The position numbers were made by a program, and so were the translations under genes. Of a stretch of DNA of 64,000 nt, positions 1 through 12,230 are shown piece after piece. The DNA comes from Obrimoposthia wandeli (taxonomy: Eukaryota). Below the pieces are notes generated by a model. It searched no databases and was not told the DNA's origin. It saw only the letters and a list, made by a program, of their open reading frames with translations. The first letter of the stretch is position 1. Each line of letters starts with the position of its first letter. The stretch is taken from the NCBI GenBank assembly GCA_977020255.1, contig CDROCS010001843.1, forward strand, positions 124,001 to 188,000. The letters run 5' to 3'.

Positions 1-927
1 TGGGTCCAAGTCGTCCTATTTTGAAATTACAGAATAAAATATGAAAATTAATGAAGCAATTTTCAACTTTACTCGATATGAAAAGGTTAAACATCAATGA
101 AAATTTGCGTTGTGCCATTACAACATTAAAAATATTACGCACTTTTCCCGTGTCAATCTTTACAGTGTCCTCGACATTTAAAAGCTAACAAACCCGGAAG
201 TCCGAGACACTGAATGAAAGCTCCATTATCTCCTGGGATCTGAACTCCAGTAATTCCTCCTCCGGGGTTATGTCGGTGTAGGTCAGGTACTTTTGTTGTT
301 GTTTCCTATTATGTTCACTGAAACAAGATCAGATAAATTATCGCCATTTATCAGTGTGCAAATGTCTGAGAAGTTTGGGGAAATTGAATGAATAATTTTG
401 AAAATAAAAGAACGCATAAAGTCAACTTTGAATTAAATTACTTTTTACTCTATATTCCTAGCGGGTTAATATTTACTTATAAGAAGTTCATAAGAAAGAT
501 TGCCTTAGAGCATGTACACCGAAAATGGAGATGTTTTTGCGTTAAAAACTTTCACTTATAAAACTTTGAAAACTTTTAGATAATGGGGCCATTCATCTGT
601 TTCTGTACCAAATGATATTGCTCAGCAAGTGACAGTCACTCTCAATAATCAATACTAATGAGAAATTTGAGAAATGAATCTGGTGGAAGTTAAAGAAAAA
701 GCTCCAAATTATGAAAGATAATTGTTACGACCTTAAAATATTCGTGCAGATCAATAAATTCTGATAAAATAATATATTTTATTTACGCTAATATTTAATA
801 AATCTATAATTTATTACTCAAAAGCACTTCCTGGTTTTCATTATTTAAATATAATTCATCATTATATTTGCTATGTTTATAAATGTCAGGAAGATTTGTC
901 AAAATGAACGATTTTTATCCAATGTAT

Positions 928-1143
928 TTTAGCCAAATGAGATGGAACGATAACAGGTCTGTGGTGCCCTTAGATGTCCGGGGCCGCACGCGCGCTACAA
1001 TGGCAGTATCAGTGAGTATTCAATCTTAGCTAGAAATGGCCGGGTAACCTGCTGAAACACTGTCGTATCAGGAATTGTGGATTGCAATTTTTCCACATGA
1101 ACGAGGAATCCCTAGTAAGTGCAAGTCATTAGCTTGCGCTGAT

Positions 1144-1187
<44 letters not shown>
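928..1187 (+). pseudogene. 18S rRNA gene fragment (3' part), isolated pseudogene
   Basis: Contains universal SSU motifs ATAACAGGTCTGTG(G)TGCCCTTAGATGTCCGGGGCCGCACGCGCGCTACA and GATTACGTCCCTGCCCTTTGTACACACCGCCCGTCGCTACTACCGAT; only about 260 nt and flanked by AT-rich non-rDNA. Confidence 0.93.
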
Positions 1188-1855
1188 ACTAAGATACTCT
1201 TTTTCCTATAAACAATCAACTATAAAATAAAAATTATATGTTAACTTGAGACTCCTATAAGAATAAAAATAAGCATGTATGGCCATCAAAAATACGAAGA
1301 AAGTCGTTTAGTATTAGATTTTAGAGAGCATCACATTTAAAAGTTTAAAGTTTTAGTCAAGAAAAGAATATACTACTATAAACAAACACCAAGAATTGTC
1401 AACACTCCAAACTAAATCGCAGCCTTTAAATAATTTTTCAGTGATAAAAGAGGGAGGTTATGGTGTGTATTATAATATTAGAAGATTAGATAAAATCAAC
1501 AAGTAATCGTAAATGCTGAAAACCGGTATATTACATAATATGGGTGTATTCTTTCAAAGATCTCTCAATTGCTCAACAAAATCATTCACTTTTCACTCAG
1601 ATGTGAGATTTGTATTTTATTTTTAAAACTGTCTTCAGCAGATTGAAAACATTGTTTTTCATTGTGTTCTTGAATAAGTTTCTGCCCTTTTATTTTGGAG
1701 ATTAAATTCGAAAGCATAACCACCACCACTCCTCTCAAGAAATTGACGGCTACAATCATCACATACTTTAATTTTCTTTGAGCATTTGAACTAGGCCTGG
1801 TAGAAATAAAGATCAAATAGAACATTCGTAATGTTAGGTTCGAGATAAAGTTAGA

Positions 1856-1922
1856 TGCCGCATGTGGGAATTGAACCACGGGTCTCACAACTTGCACTTG
1901 CGCATCACTGAACTATCGAGAC
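1856..1922 (-). pseudogene. degenerate tRNA-like sequence (tRNA pseudogene or SINE head)
   Basis: Minus strand has A-box-like TAGTTCAGTG and B-box/T-arm GTGGTTCAATTCCCAC ending TGCGGCA; acceptor stem does not pair well. Confidence 0.3.
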
Positions 1923-3431
1923 TCGTAATCCCTCCTGATATTCCAACTAAGAATTACTAAATGGAGATTGTGCGTTGATAATTTGTAAGTAGCTGAAATG
2001 TGTTAAGATTTTATTTTTAAAATATGACAATAAATTAATTTATTTTCGTAACAAACAAAAACGGACAGGTAAAAACATTTAAACTAAAAAATGTGGCATA
2101 TTGCTAAAATAGTAACAAATTCTTGAAAAGTATATTTAGTGTTATTTTTGTTATTTTTAAATAGAACAGCATTCAAAATTTATATATTGTTTCTATTTCC
2201 GAGCGTGAAACCTATGAAGATTTAAATAAGGCTTTATTTAGATGTTTCAGATTTTGGCTTGCTATTTATTATCAAAATTGAGCAAGGGTGTGAATCTCCA
2301 AATTTTAGGAAATTTTGGACACATTTGTTAATTAATTGCTACTTTCAGAAAAGCACTTTCCCACGTATTTACAATCATTTGGATTAATACAGAGTTGAAC
2401 ATAATTCATACATTGCTCTTCTATAATTATATTCTGAAATGACTGGATATTAAACATTTAAATCTTCCTCCGTTTTGTCACGTAAGAAATATCAAAAAAT
2501 ATTTACATTTACAACCCAAACCATTTTCTAAGGCTTGAAGAAGAACTTTTTGGGGTATTTTTCTTTGTCCATAATTTTAAAAAAAATAAAACTGGTTTTG
2601 AATTTAATTTTAAATAAAAATTTCAAAAATATTTATATGTGTAAAATATTTTATTCCGCTACACAGAGCATTGTTGCCAAGAGTGGTAGAGTGCTCAGAT
2701 TATTTTTTCAAAATCTCTATATGTTTTCAATAATGTTTAGCTCTTGAAGATTGTTTATTTTGTTGGATTTTGAAAATTTGTTGGAAACAGGTTTTCAATT
2801 TTCATTATCAAATCTTTTATTTCAAAACAGTCAAATCACAAAAAATTCAATATTATTTTGGGTTTTGTAAAGTTAGAATTTATTAAATATTCTAAATAAC
2901 TTTTGTCAATCTATTTTTCAAAAGAAGTACTTTTAAAGAAATTTAATCATCTATATGCAGAAATGTTTCTGGCAAGATTAATTATCGGTAAAATTTACGT
3001 TCGAACACATTTTGAAACCATTTATAAATGGATGTAATTTTACTTAAAACCTGTGTTTCGAAACTAAATATATGGGAATATGATTTAGTATTTGTTATTT
3101 TCAAAGAAATGTGTACAAGCATACGTGCATATTGAATTTACTTATTTAACCATACGCCTATAATTTTGCACTGACTTTTCAAGTGAAAACTAGAGATCTG
3201 ATTGAAATCAAACCGGTCCACTTTTAAACATAAAATCTTCAGTCTTACCATTGTGAAAATTGAAAGATACATTATCTTAAAGTTGAGTATAAAAACTTAT
3301 AAAGATTTGATTGTGACTCTGACTCTGAAAAGATAGTTCTGTCAAAGAGCGGCTCCATCTTACGATAAAATATTTCTTCTTTATTATTTATTTTAAAGAC
3401 TAATCGAATCAAAACAAATAATACTCTAAAG

Positions 3432-3908
3432 CAGGGTTTCTCAACCTTTTTTCACCACGGCCCCCTTTAGTTTGCAGCAAATTGCTGTGGCCCCCCTCTA
3501 CTATGGACAAAAAGATTACATCGTATACGTATTGTTTTCAATTATACTATTCTGTCATGGAAACATTCAAAAAGATAATCAATGAGAAAACTATATTTAA
3601 AAAATGTTAGTGTGACCCTTGCGCTTGGCGTTTGCCAACAAGTGTAGTGAAATCTGGAGCAATTTCAGAAAGTCGTAAACGGATTTCTGCATTGTCACAC
3701 AACTTGAGATTCATCCGCTGTTTTGCGAACGAATGAAGGATTTTTATTCCATGTCAAACATTTATTTGTGGCACACGTGTGCAGCCATCGAAGTGTTTAA
3801 CCCAGTGAAAACAGGGGTGTTAATTTTTATTTTTGTTTGGCTCGTGTGGCCCCCTGGCAAATTGTGTGGCCCCCCAGGGGGCCCCAGGGCCCCCGTTGAG
3901 AAACCCTG
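3432..3908 (-). mobile_element. non-autonomous hAT (Charlie-like) DNA transposon
   Basis: TIR CAGGGTTTCTCAAC...GTTGAGAAACCCTG; perfect 8-bp TSD CTCTAAAG at 3424-3431 and 3909-3916; internal minus-strand remnant IRLRLSEIAPDFTTLVGKRQAQGSH* resembles a Charlie transposase C-terminus. Confidence 0.9.
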
Positions 3909-4874
3909 CTCTAAAGAATCATTCTATCTAAGATTTACACAATTAAGACAATAGTTCTCATATTTTATGAACCCTCTCTAAATATATATTAAAATCATTT
4001 AAACTAATTAAAAATATGTTTAAAGATTCTAAAATAAAATTAATAATAGTTCCAAAAGGTTGTTTTATTATTTATTTATCAATATGCTTTAAGACAGTTA
4101 GCGTTTTGGGATAGTTTCTCTGTTGATCATGTTTAGGAAATATAAATTCTTAAAAATAAATTCAAATTGAAATATTTGATTTTATATTTAGACTTTACTA
4201 AAATTTCAACAACAGACCACTTACATATTTGTTGTTGTAGCTTTGAGAAGCAAATTGATGGTTTTGATGGCTCGGATTATTTTTCCCACTGGCTGAAGAA
4301 TAAAATATTCAAATAAAATAGGTAAATAAGCAACACTCTTTTGACCCAAAATATTTGTCTATGATTTTAATTTGAACACGGGTAGCAATTACATCATAAC
4401 ATTGTAGATAATCTGAAGTCAGAGTCAACATATTCGGAAAGTCTTTGATAATAGCGTGGCAATTTTCTGTATTTAATTAAATTATACGTATTGATAATCA
4501 AATCGATTCATAATTTATACAAAGTTGTTGAATCACAAATTTATTTACATTGAAATGTTATTTAAAATTGAAATATAGTAATAGAATTCATTTAGCTCTC
4601 CACCATAATCCACCGATATCATAAAGCACATACTATTTTATAAGCATTGAGTATATGTATGAAAAACTGAGGAAGCCCATAGTCAAATCGATATATCTAA
4701 ATATTTTATGTAACTACTGCCATATAATAATTTATATACTAATACAAGTTCTGTAGGTCTAATTAGTTAGATAAAACAGTATCAAAAGCTCTCCAGACGA
4801 TGGTGTACGGTTGTGTGTAATCTCTTTCCTCAATCTCAACGTGTATGGCCGAATCTACTACTTATGACTGATAG

Positions 4875-6049
4875 TCATCTCTCCTTCATCGCAATTGCAA
4901 TTAAAAATAGGTAAAGTTTTCTGGAAAAGAAATTATCACTCACTGTCAGAACTTTAGCCCCAAAAGTGAATCTCTGATCTTCAGGATTGTCTTCTTCTGT
5001 CAGCGTCGTTGGATCAATTTTGTAATTGCTGCCAGTCTTGAGCTCAGCCATGGCGGTGTCAGCCGGATTGGCATGGGCTGCCTTTGGCGCCTGTGGCCCA
5101 CAGCTGCTGATCTTCCTGACCTTGCTGAGGTGCGCCATCAGGACTGCCGTCTCCCGATTCTGGGCCGACTTGGCCTGATCGAGGCGCAATATCCTCCGAG
5201 CTGCTATACGCCGTTGCGCACCCACTGACCTCTCCACCAAGCCGTCCATCATATCCTCCAGACTTGTTCCTTCTCCGCCACTGACTCCTGCTGGCCATCG
5301 CAACCCACTTACACAGGGAATAGCCAACACTACAACAACAGCCAATGTACCCAGCGCTATATTGTAAGAAAGTTCAAAAGTTTATATCAGCATAAATTTA
5401 CTGTTATACTATTATCAAATTATCAAATATTCCAAAAAGACGAAACGACACAGTTACAATGGAACGCTCTCAAGTGATAATCACAGATTAATTTGAAATT
5501 ATAATAAATAAATATTAAGACTTTTGATATTGTTAGAATAGGTGTGTAAATATTTATAGATTGAATCATCGAATACTTGAATAAAGATTTTTTAGACTTA
5601 TTGGATTTCATAAATGCACTAAATTTATTTGAAATATTAAGACATTAAAAACATTTAAAATTTTTATATGGTCCTTTAGGGATTACTTCTGGACAAATTA
5701 CAATTACAATTACAAATATTTTCCTATGTTTTAAATAAGTTTTTTTTTTTTTTTAGGCAATAAAATTTCAAGTGGGGAAACGTCAGAAAATTATAAAGAA
5801 TATCGAATACCGACTGGAAAGGATGTTGTTAAAGGTTAAAAGAAGACTTCTTTGTCCAGACTCACCGAATGCCGTAGCCGACTTGTATGACTCCTCGAGA
5901 TCATCTCCGACCCGACTCAAGGTGCTCGCACTCAGGAAGCCTCGATCAATCTGCTTCTGACGCTCGATATTGTGGTCGGCTGTTGCAGTAGAATCTAACA
6001 ACTTACCGTCAATACCGTAGTAGGGTTGCAGCTTCGCAGTTGTTCTCAT
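4875..6049 (-). CDS. uncharacterised spliced host gene segment, join(6049..5866, 5356..4875), with one hydrophobic stretch
   Basis: Two GC-rich ORFs joined in frame by donor TTCG|GTGAGT (5865) and acceptor ATAG|CG (5357), giving ...KSATAF-ALGTLAVVVVLAIPC...; no family recognised. Confidence 0.4.
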
Positions 6050-7046
6050 CTGGCCGAAATGGAAGGACTAGCAATTGTAATTTACCTGCCCGGAACTGTT
6101 GCTGTGGAGAAGATATTGGTCTGTGAAGTGTGTGACTATGCCACTTCATGCAGTCATAAAAAACACACATACATTGCAAAGGTTTGACGAGAAGTGGCAG
6201 TGATTGTTGAGATAACTGATTTGCTAATGAGCGGCAGCATTGTGAGCTGGTAATTGTTATATCCTAACCATTGACGAGTCCGTGACGCGACTGAGCACCA
6301 GAAAATCACTGAAACGTGACTGATGAGAGGACTAACTATACTGCAATTAACATAATGTGAATCTTGGTAATAGCGTCATCTATTGATATTTTCACAATTA
6401 TCACACGTGTGATGTATTATGAAGTTTCAAAGCTTTGGAAAATATTTCCGCAACAAAATATAGTGGTCATCTTTAAATATAAAAATATCTTTAACATTTT
6501 TGAAGCATGTTAGATGTAAATGTCTTACTTTATACGATTTATAACTATTATATCTCTTAAACATATTCAATGATTGAAACGTTATTACAAATCAAAGAAA
6601 ATCAATTATTTATACTCTATATAAATTTAAATTATCATCAAAATAGAAAAATGCTCAAAATTATTTCACTTACATTATTGATATTTACCAAATCTGAATT
6701 TGTTTTGTTAATAATTACATTTTTCTTCTTCTATTGCTTAGACCATTATGTAAAAAGCAAAATATTGATCAATTTGATTTTTTGTAAATGAAAATATTTG
6801 GTACATCATTAAATTTCATTTAGATTCTACCTTAAATAATAAAAGGTATTTAGATTGCATGATTGACTATAAAACATTTTATTTGCTTCAAGCTGTGGAA
6901 AAGAATTTTTTCTATTTCAATGAACACTACTCTGAATTATTTTTTTACCGTCTTCAGTTGATGTCAAAACCTAAATGATCGTGTTCATATTTCAAATTCT
7001 GATCATTGCGGAGTTCCTATTCTTTCAGTTATCTAGGATGCACTTA

Positions 7047-7392
7047 AGTAGGTGGATGTGTCCGGTCTAATCCACACCCCCTCCCCCCACTGTATTTTAA
7101 AACCGTGCATGTGTGTGGAGCGAAAATTCGTGTATGTGTGTAGGAAAAAAATTAAAAGAAGCAACGAATAGGAGGGGGGCTACCAGTGTCCATTAAAACC
7201 GTGCAGGTGTGTGGAGGGAAATTACGTGTATGTGTGTGGAGTGAAATTTCGTATATATGTGTCTCTCCATGTGTCCCCCACATTTTTTAAAAAAAATTAC
7301 TGTGAAATTTACCATGAAAGTGGTTAGAGAAGACCACAGGAATCCATATTGGACCCGGCGGCTTATCGCAGACGAGATTTCAAATAATATAT
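7047..7392 (+). repeat. family A terminal inverted repeat (about 345 bp) with internal AAAACCGTGCATGTGTGTGGAGTGAAATTTCG repeats
   Basis: Matches 46829-47190 directly, and 51400-51552 and 57740-57819 in reverse complement. Confidence 0.88.
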
Positions 7393-7530
7393 GACTACTA
7401 TTTTTAAGAAAGATTAATAAATTACTAAATGTTAAATATTTAGGTCAGATTTATAAGAGAAAAAAATAGATCTATATAATTTAGAGGAGAAAAACAAAAT
7501 ACGAGTAAAAATTATTTTTCAAAACATTTA

Positions 7531-8055
7531 TTAAACATAAAACAACATATTGGTTTCACTCAAAGTCCAGAGAGGCTGCATTTTCCCGTCACCAGCAAAA
7601 TATCCATTGAGACGTATTGAGATATTCCATAGTTCTTCATCTAGAATTGGAGCAATCAAATATCCTAGATCATCATTAAAATCCAGACTTGGATCAGTTT
7701 CAAGCTGGAAACAATTTCCTTCATATACATAATCAGGAATGTAAAATCCCAAAATATTTTTCAATTGATCAATATCAGATGTTGTTAGATAATAGCTGAA
7801 CTTTCTTCTTTCAATCGTCACAGGATTTGCTAAAGCAATCAGTTGAGCCTTCTTCAAGAATCTGACTTTGTATTTGAAATATTGTTTCACTTCTTCATAC
7901 ATATCCTTATCCAATTCTTCAAACATTTCCGAATCTTCGTCACCGCTTAATATCCGTTGGCAGATAATTGTCTTTGATATGAATGCATTTACTGTGATTT
8001 GTCCTCCAATGGCGCATTCTTTTATACTAATTTCTAACAAAGACATGAATCTCAT
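7531..8055 (-). CDS. Polinton A accessory protein of unknown function
   Basis: 174-aa ORF inside A1; homologous frameshifted copy at 51646-52318. Confidence 0.7.
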   Translation of the reverse strand: MRFMSLLEISIKECAIGGQITVNAFISKTIICQRILSGDEDSEMFEELDKDMYEEVKQYFKYKVRFLKKAQLIALANPVTIERRKFSYYLTTSDIDQLKNILGFYIPDYVYEGNCFQLETDPSLDFNDDLGYLIAPILDEELWNISIRLNGYFAGDGKMQPLWTLSETNMLFYV

Positions 8056-8270
8056 TGGTTAATATAACTAAAACATTGAATTTGATTGGACTACATCCAT
8101 ATTAAAAATCAAATTTGATTGGACTAAATCCATATTAAAAATCAAATTTGATTGGAAGAAATATATCATCCAATTATAATAGGTTTGCAAGATAATAACA
8201 AGACACGTGCAATAAAAAAGCAGGTTCAGACATATATAAAGAAGAATTTACAGAATACAATTTTAGTCTA
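8056..8270. promoter_or_regulatory. divergent promoter with tandem CCAAT boxes at 33-bp spacing and a TATA-like box
   Basis: AATTTGATTGGACTA(C/A)ATCCATATTAAAAATCA repeat gives three ATTGG boxes; CATATATAAAG at about 8230; lies between divergent ATGs at 8055 and 8271. Confidence 0.6.
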
Positions 8271-8772
8271 ATGAAAAACGTAGATATAAATTATAAAGGT
8301 AGAACAGTAGATGATGTTTCGTACTTAACATTCAATGAATGGAAGCCGAAACAATATGTGGAAAAGTTTGACAATTTCACAGTTGTTATTTTTTCCTACA
8401 GGTACCTTTTTTATTTTATTTTCATATTGAATTATATTAGGAAATTGTCGTGTTATGGGATGCAAAATACCAATGCTTGGGTTCAATTTACCATTTGGAA
8501 TTCGAATCACTGCAATACAATCAATCATGATTTCGGCTAATCTTGTGAAACAGATAAATATTTTTAAAACTGCAGAGAAAAAGAAAGAAGAATGCATGTT
8601 TGAACCAGAAATTTTCCCGGCTCTCAGTTATTTGAAGTTTAAACCGCTATGTGTAAATATATTTTCCAGTGGTAAAATTATGATATTGGGATTGAAAAAT
8701 TTTGATTATACAGACATTGTTGATTTGATTTTAGAAAATATATCTTATTACATCTTGTTATCTTTTCTATAA
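8271..8772 (+). CDS. TBP-like (TATA-binding protein fold) gene with a 39-nt intron (8402-8440); +1 frameshift before the intron in this copy
   Basis: Spliced and corrected product has FTVVIFPTGNCRVMGCK and MFEPEIFPALSYLKFKPLCVNIFSSGKIMILGLK, matching the TBP repeat motifs TALIFSSGKMVCTGAK and YEPELFPGLIYRM..IFVSGKVVLTGAK. Confidence 0.8.
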
Positions 8773-8791
8773 ACAAACCCGTTTAAACTTA

Positions 8792-9043
8792 TTGTTTCAA
8801 ATGAAAAATACTATAAATAGAGACAATGAAGTGGATCGTCTTTTCGACGAAATATTTTCTGGAAAAATTAGTGGTAAACAAATTGTATCAGGATTTAAAA
8901 ATAATGAGATAACAAGAGATAACATTGAATTTAGAAATCGTACACAAATAAATAAAATTATAGCCAAATATTCATTAATTAATTTTTGTATTTCATCTAC
9001 AGTAGCTCTAACATTGCACATTTCAATAAGGAAACTTCTATGA
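8792..9043 (+). CDS. small Polinton A protein with C-terminal hydrophobic segment
   Basis: ORF conserved in copy A2 (52935-53216); ends YSLINFCISSTVALTLHISIRKLL. Confidence 0.55.
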   Translation: MFQMKNTINRDNEVDRLFDEIFSGKISGKQIVSGFKNNEITRDNIEFRNRTQINKIIAKYSLINFCISSTVALTLHISIRKLL

Positions 9044-9080
9044 TAATATAAACAATATTAAAAATGAAAGAGTATATGCA

Positions 9081-9569
9081 ATGGAGCTAAATAATAATGC
9101 TGTATTTCAAATAGTTGGTCCCAGTGGAAGTGGAAAGACACATTTCGTATGTAAATTGTTGCAAAACGAATATCTTTTCAAATCTAGTTTCAAAAATATT
9201 TATTGGCATCGTGGTGGAGGAGGGGAAAGCAGATTAATCAAAACAGAAGTTTGCAAGTTGAAGGGAATACAATTTATTGAAGGATTTGATGCAAATTGGT
9301 GTGAAAGATTGAAAAAAGAAGATGTAATAATAATTGATGATTTGTATCAGGAAGCTAACAAGGAATCGGACTTTAATAATTTATTTACGAAGATTGCAAG
9401 ACATCGTGAAGTAACAGTTATATTTATCACTCAAAATCTTTTTCACCAAGGAAGTCACCATAGAACAAGAAACCTTAATGTACATTACTTATTTTTTATT
9501 TAAAAATCCTAGAGATCAAACAGTTGTAGATTTCGTGGCCAGACAGGCGTTTCCCAAAAATAAGAACTT
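9081..9569 (+). pseudogene. Polinton packaging ATPase (A32/FtsK-like), frameshifted and C-terminally deleted
   Basis: Walker A GPSGSGKT, Walker B IIIDD, IFITQNLF..RT..LN motif; breaks at the deletion junction near 9569. Confidence 0.9.
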
Positions 9570-10264
9570 GGATCTGATGTAAAAGCTCTTAAATTTGGTT
9601 TTGACAATGGACATGTAGTAGGTATGATATATTCTCATCTAAATCGTTTAAAAATGTTCCTGATAAAGTAACAAGAGTGTTTTTATTTGAAACGAAACCA
9701 AAGTATGTAGTGGAACTGAAAACGTTTTCAAAAGATTATAAATTAGATAGTGAAGTGAATTTCTGTAAATTAATACAGAAGGAATGTAGTGAATATTTTG
9801 ATAAATGTGTAACATTAAAAAATGGTAAAATAACGTTTACAGTAAAGAGCAATATAATACGAGTTTTATTTGATGATAAACTCGCTAAAAACCTTGGTTT
9901 AAACAGTAATACCTTTGAAACCCATACAATAAAAACCATAAAAGCTAAAAATAAGGCAAAACTTTTAAATGCTGTTAATCATTTATATATTTATACTAAT
10001 TTAATAGAACCAACGCTTGTAGGAGGACAGCGAGTTCCACTTTTGAGAACAATATGGATATCTAAAAATGAAACTAGAGATGGGGACGCTGTCGGTATGT
10101 GTATAGATCAACCAATGTATCTTCCAGTTTCTCTCTTTTCTATAAACAATATTGAAGTAAATATTAGAGATGATTCCGGACAACTAATAGATTTCACGTA
10201 CCTGGCCAAGTCAAGTTTAACAATACATTTAAGAAAACAAAATGGCGAATCCAGCAATAATTGA
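9570..10264 (+). pseudogene. Polinton minor capsid (penton-like, PX) protein, C-terminal part
   Basis: LYIYTNLIEPTLVGGQRVPLLRTI and YLPV...IEVNIRDDSGQLIDF motifs; N-terminus removed by deletion. Confidence 0.8.
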
Positions 10265-10616
10265 AGCTTATAGTCAAAGCCAACAAGGTGGAGAATTACC
10301 ATATTTTGTTGGTAAACAATATGGATCTGGCTGGCTTAGAACATTAGGTAGATTTGCCTTTCCTCTTTTAAAGAGACTCAGGCGATTTATATCAAAATTA
10401 GGAAAGGATTACCTTCATCTAAGTACAATAAACTAATACCAACTTTTAAGAAGCATGCGCTTGATGAACTTGATAATGTTTTACCTGAAGTTGCTAATTT
10501 GATTAGAAAACGTAAATCAAATAAAAGCCAAGGAGGTAGTGGATTTAAAAGTAAAGAGAAGCAAAAAATCAATATAAACAAACGTAAGAATGTTGAAGGA
10601 ACAATATTTGCAAAAT
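10242..10616 (+). pseudogene. conserved small basic Polinton structural protein (QxGG / QYGSG motifs), frameshifted
   Basis: SQQGGELPYFVGKQYGSGWLRTLGRFAFPLLK in the canonical position between the minor and major capsid genes. Confidence 0.65.
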
Positions 10617-11840
10617 GAGTTGCGCCAAAACTGAATTGTGTATTTTTGATAAACCGCTTCCACAAGTAGTTGTAGATAATGCTTCCTTTGAAGAAATATT
10701 TCTAGTTAACTCAGTTTCAGGAACCACTTTAACCAATTTAGAATTTAATATTAATGGTTCCAATAGCGAGTATTTAAATTTGAATGATACTTTGCTTTAT
10801 GTTCAAATAAAAGTATTAAATCGGGATGGTACTAATTTAGATGAAAATGCCGATGTAACACCTGTAAATTATCTCTTTAATTCTTTATTTAATGATGCCA
10901 TTGTTACTCTTAATAATGTCAAAATTGAAGGTGGAAATTCTTCCTATGCTCATAAAGCTTTGATTGAAAGTCTTTTGAATTATAGTACTGATACTCAAAA
11001 TACTAATTTGGCGACCATTGGTTATGATAAAACGGTTGCAACTCGCAAAGAATGGATTGCAGGTTCTAAAGCTTACGAAATGTGTGGGTCTTTGAGATTG
11101 AATTTCTTTGAACAACCGAAATATTTAATTCCCTGTGTTAATGTACATCTTCGTTTGAAATGTAATAAATGGAATTTTTCTTTGATAAGCACGGACGTTT
11201 TAAAACCTAGACTTGATATTTTGGATGCAAAATTGTATGTTCAAAGAGTTAAAACCGAGCAATCAGTTTTAATGGCACATAATATAGGAATGGAAAAAAA
11301 CAATGCTTGTTATCCTATTAGAGAAACTAAACTTATATCTTATTCTTTAGGTACGGGTACACAAGCTTTTAATAAGGATCAAATTTTTGGTGATGTAAGA
11401 TTACCGAAATTCATTTTAATTTCTTTTCAAAAAACTGCAAAGTTTCTAGGAAATTATACGACAGATGCAACTCATTTTGACAATCTTAATGTAGGTTCAG
11501 TGACACTTTCAAGAAATACTGATTATCGTGAAACATATAAAACAGATTTCGAAGGTAACGCTTATGCTTTGGCTTATACCCAATCTATTATTCGGAATTT
11601 GGGTCAACTAGATAAAAATATAAACAATGGTATTTCTTTCACTGAGTTTAAAAGTAGCTGCCTATTCTTCACATTCGTTTTGGCACCAGACTTTGATATA
11701 AACCAATGCCAACTAAGGATGGAAATTTACGACTAGAAATTAAGTTCAATGCAGCTTTAACACATCCTACTACGGTGTTTATTTACGGAGTATTTGATTC
11801 GGAAATACAAATCAATAAAAACAGAACTGTCATATTATAG
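10615..11840 (+). CDS. Polinton major capsid protein (double jelly-roll, PY), frameshift near 11715
   Basis: CAKTELCIF..P.Q..., LEFNINGSNSEYLNLNDTLLYVQIKV N-terminus; shifted C-terminus GNLRLEIKF..LTHPTTVFIYGVFDSEIQINKNRTVIL*. Confidence 0.88.
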
Positions 11841-11841
11841 A

Positions 11842-12230
11842 ATGGAGTAAGACATATTTTAAATTTATATTTATTAATTTTTATTTAGTTCAAAACAAGT
11901 AAAAGAATCAGCAGAGAAGGTCCTGGGTGATAAATTCAATGGAGTTTATCCTATAGATATGATTCCATTTTTTCAATCTGGAGGTTACATTATCAATACT
12001 CATACTTCGAATTTACCAGGAGAACATTGGATAGCTATTTATGTTAGAGAGTGGACAATACATGTATTTGATCCACTTGCAAGGTATTATTCACACAAAC
12101 TTGTTTCAACTATTCAAAAATGACGAAGAAGAGTATTTTACAACAAGATACAATATCAGGATCCTGCGACGAGAAACTGTGGACATTTATGTATTTTATG
12201 GTTATCGTTGCAAAACAATAAGTGTGTTAT
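11842..12230 (+). pseudogene. adenain-type cysteine protease with a 42-nt intron (11847-11888), stop and frameshift
   Basis: ATGGA|GTAAGA...TTTAG|TTCA gives MDSKQVKESAEKVLGDKFNGVYPID; GEHW, FDPL, and Q..NCGHLC in a shifted frame. Confidence 0.85.

Noticed and set aside
5300-5900. The 5-6 kb gene as a fourth LITAF paralogue (YK...VVVVLAIPC)
   Set aside because: Neither CxxC knuckle is present; the resemblance is limited to a hydrophobic stretch ending in IPC
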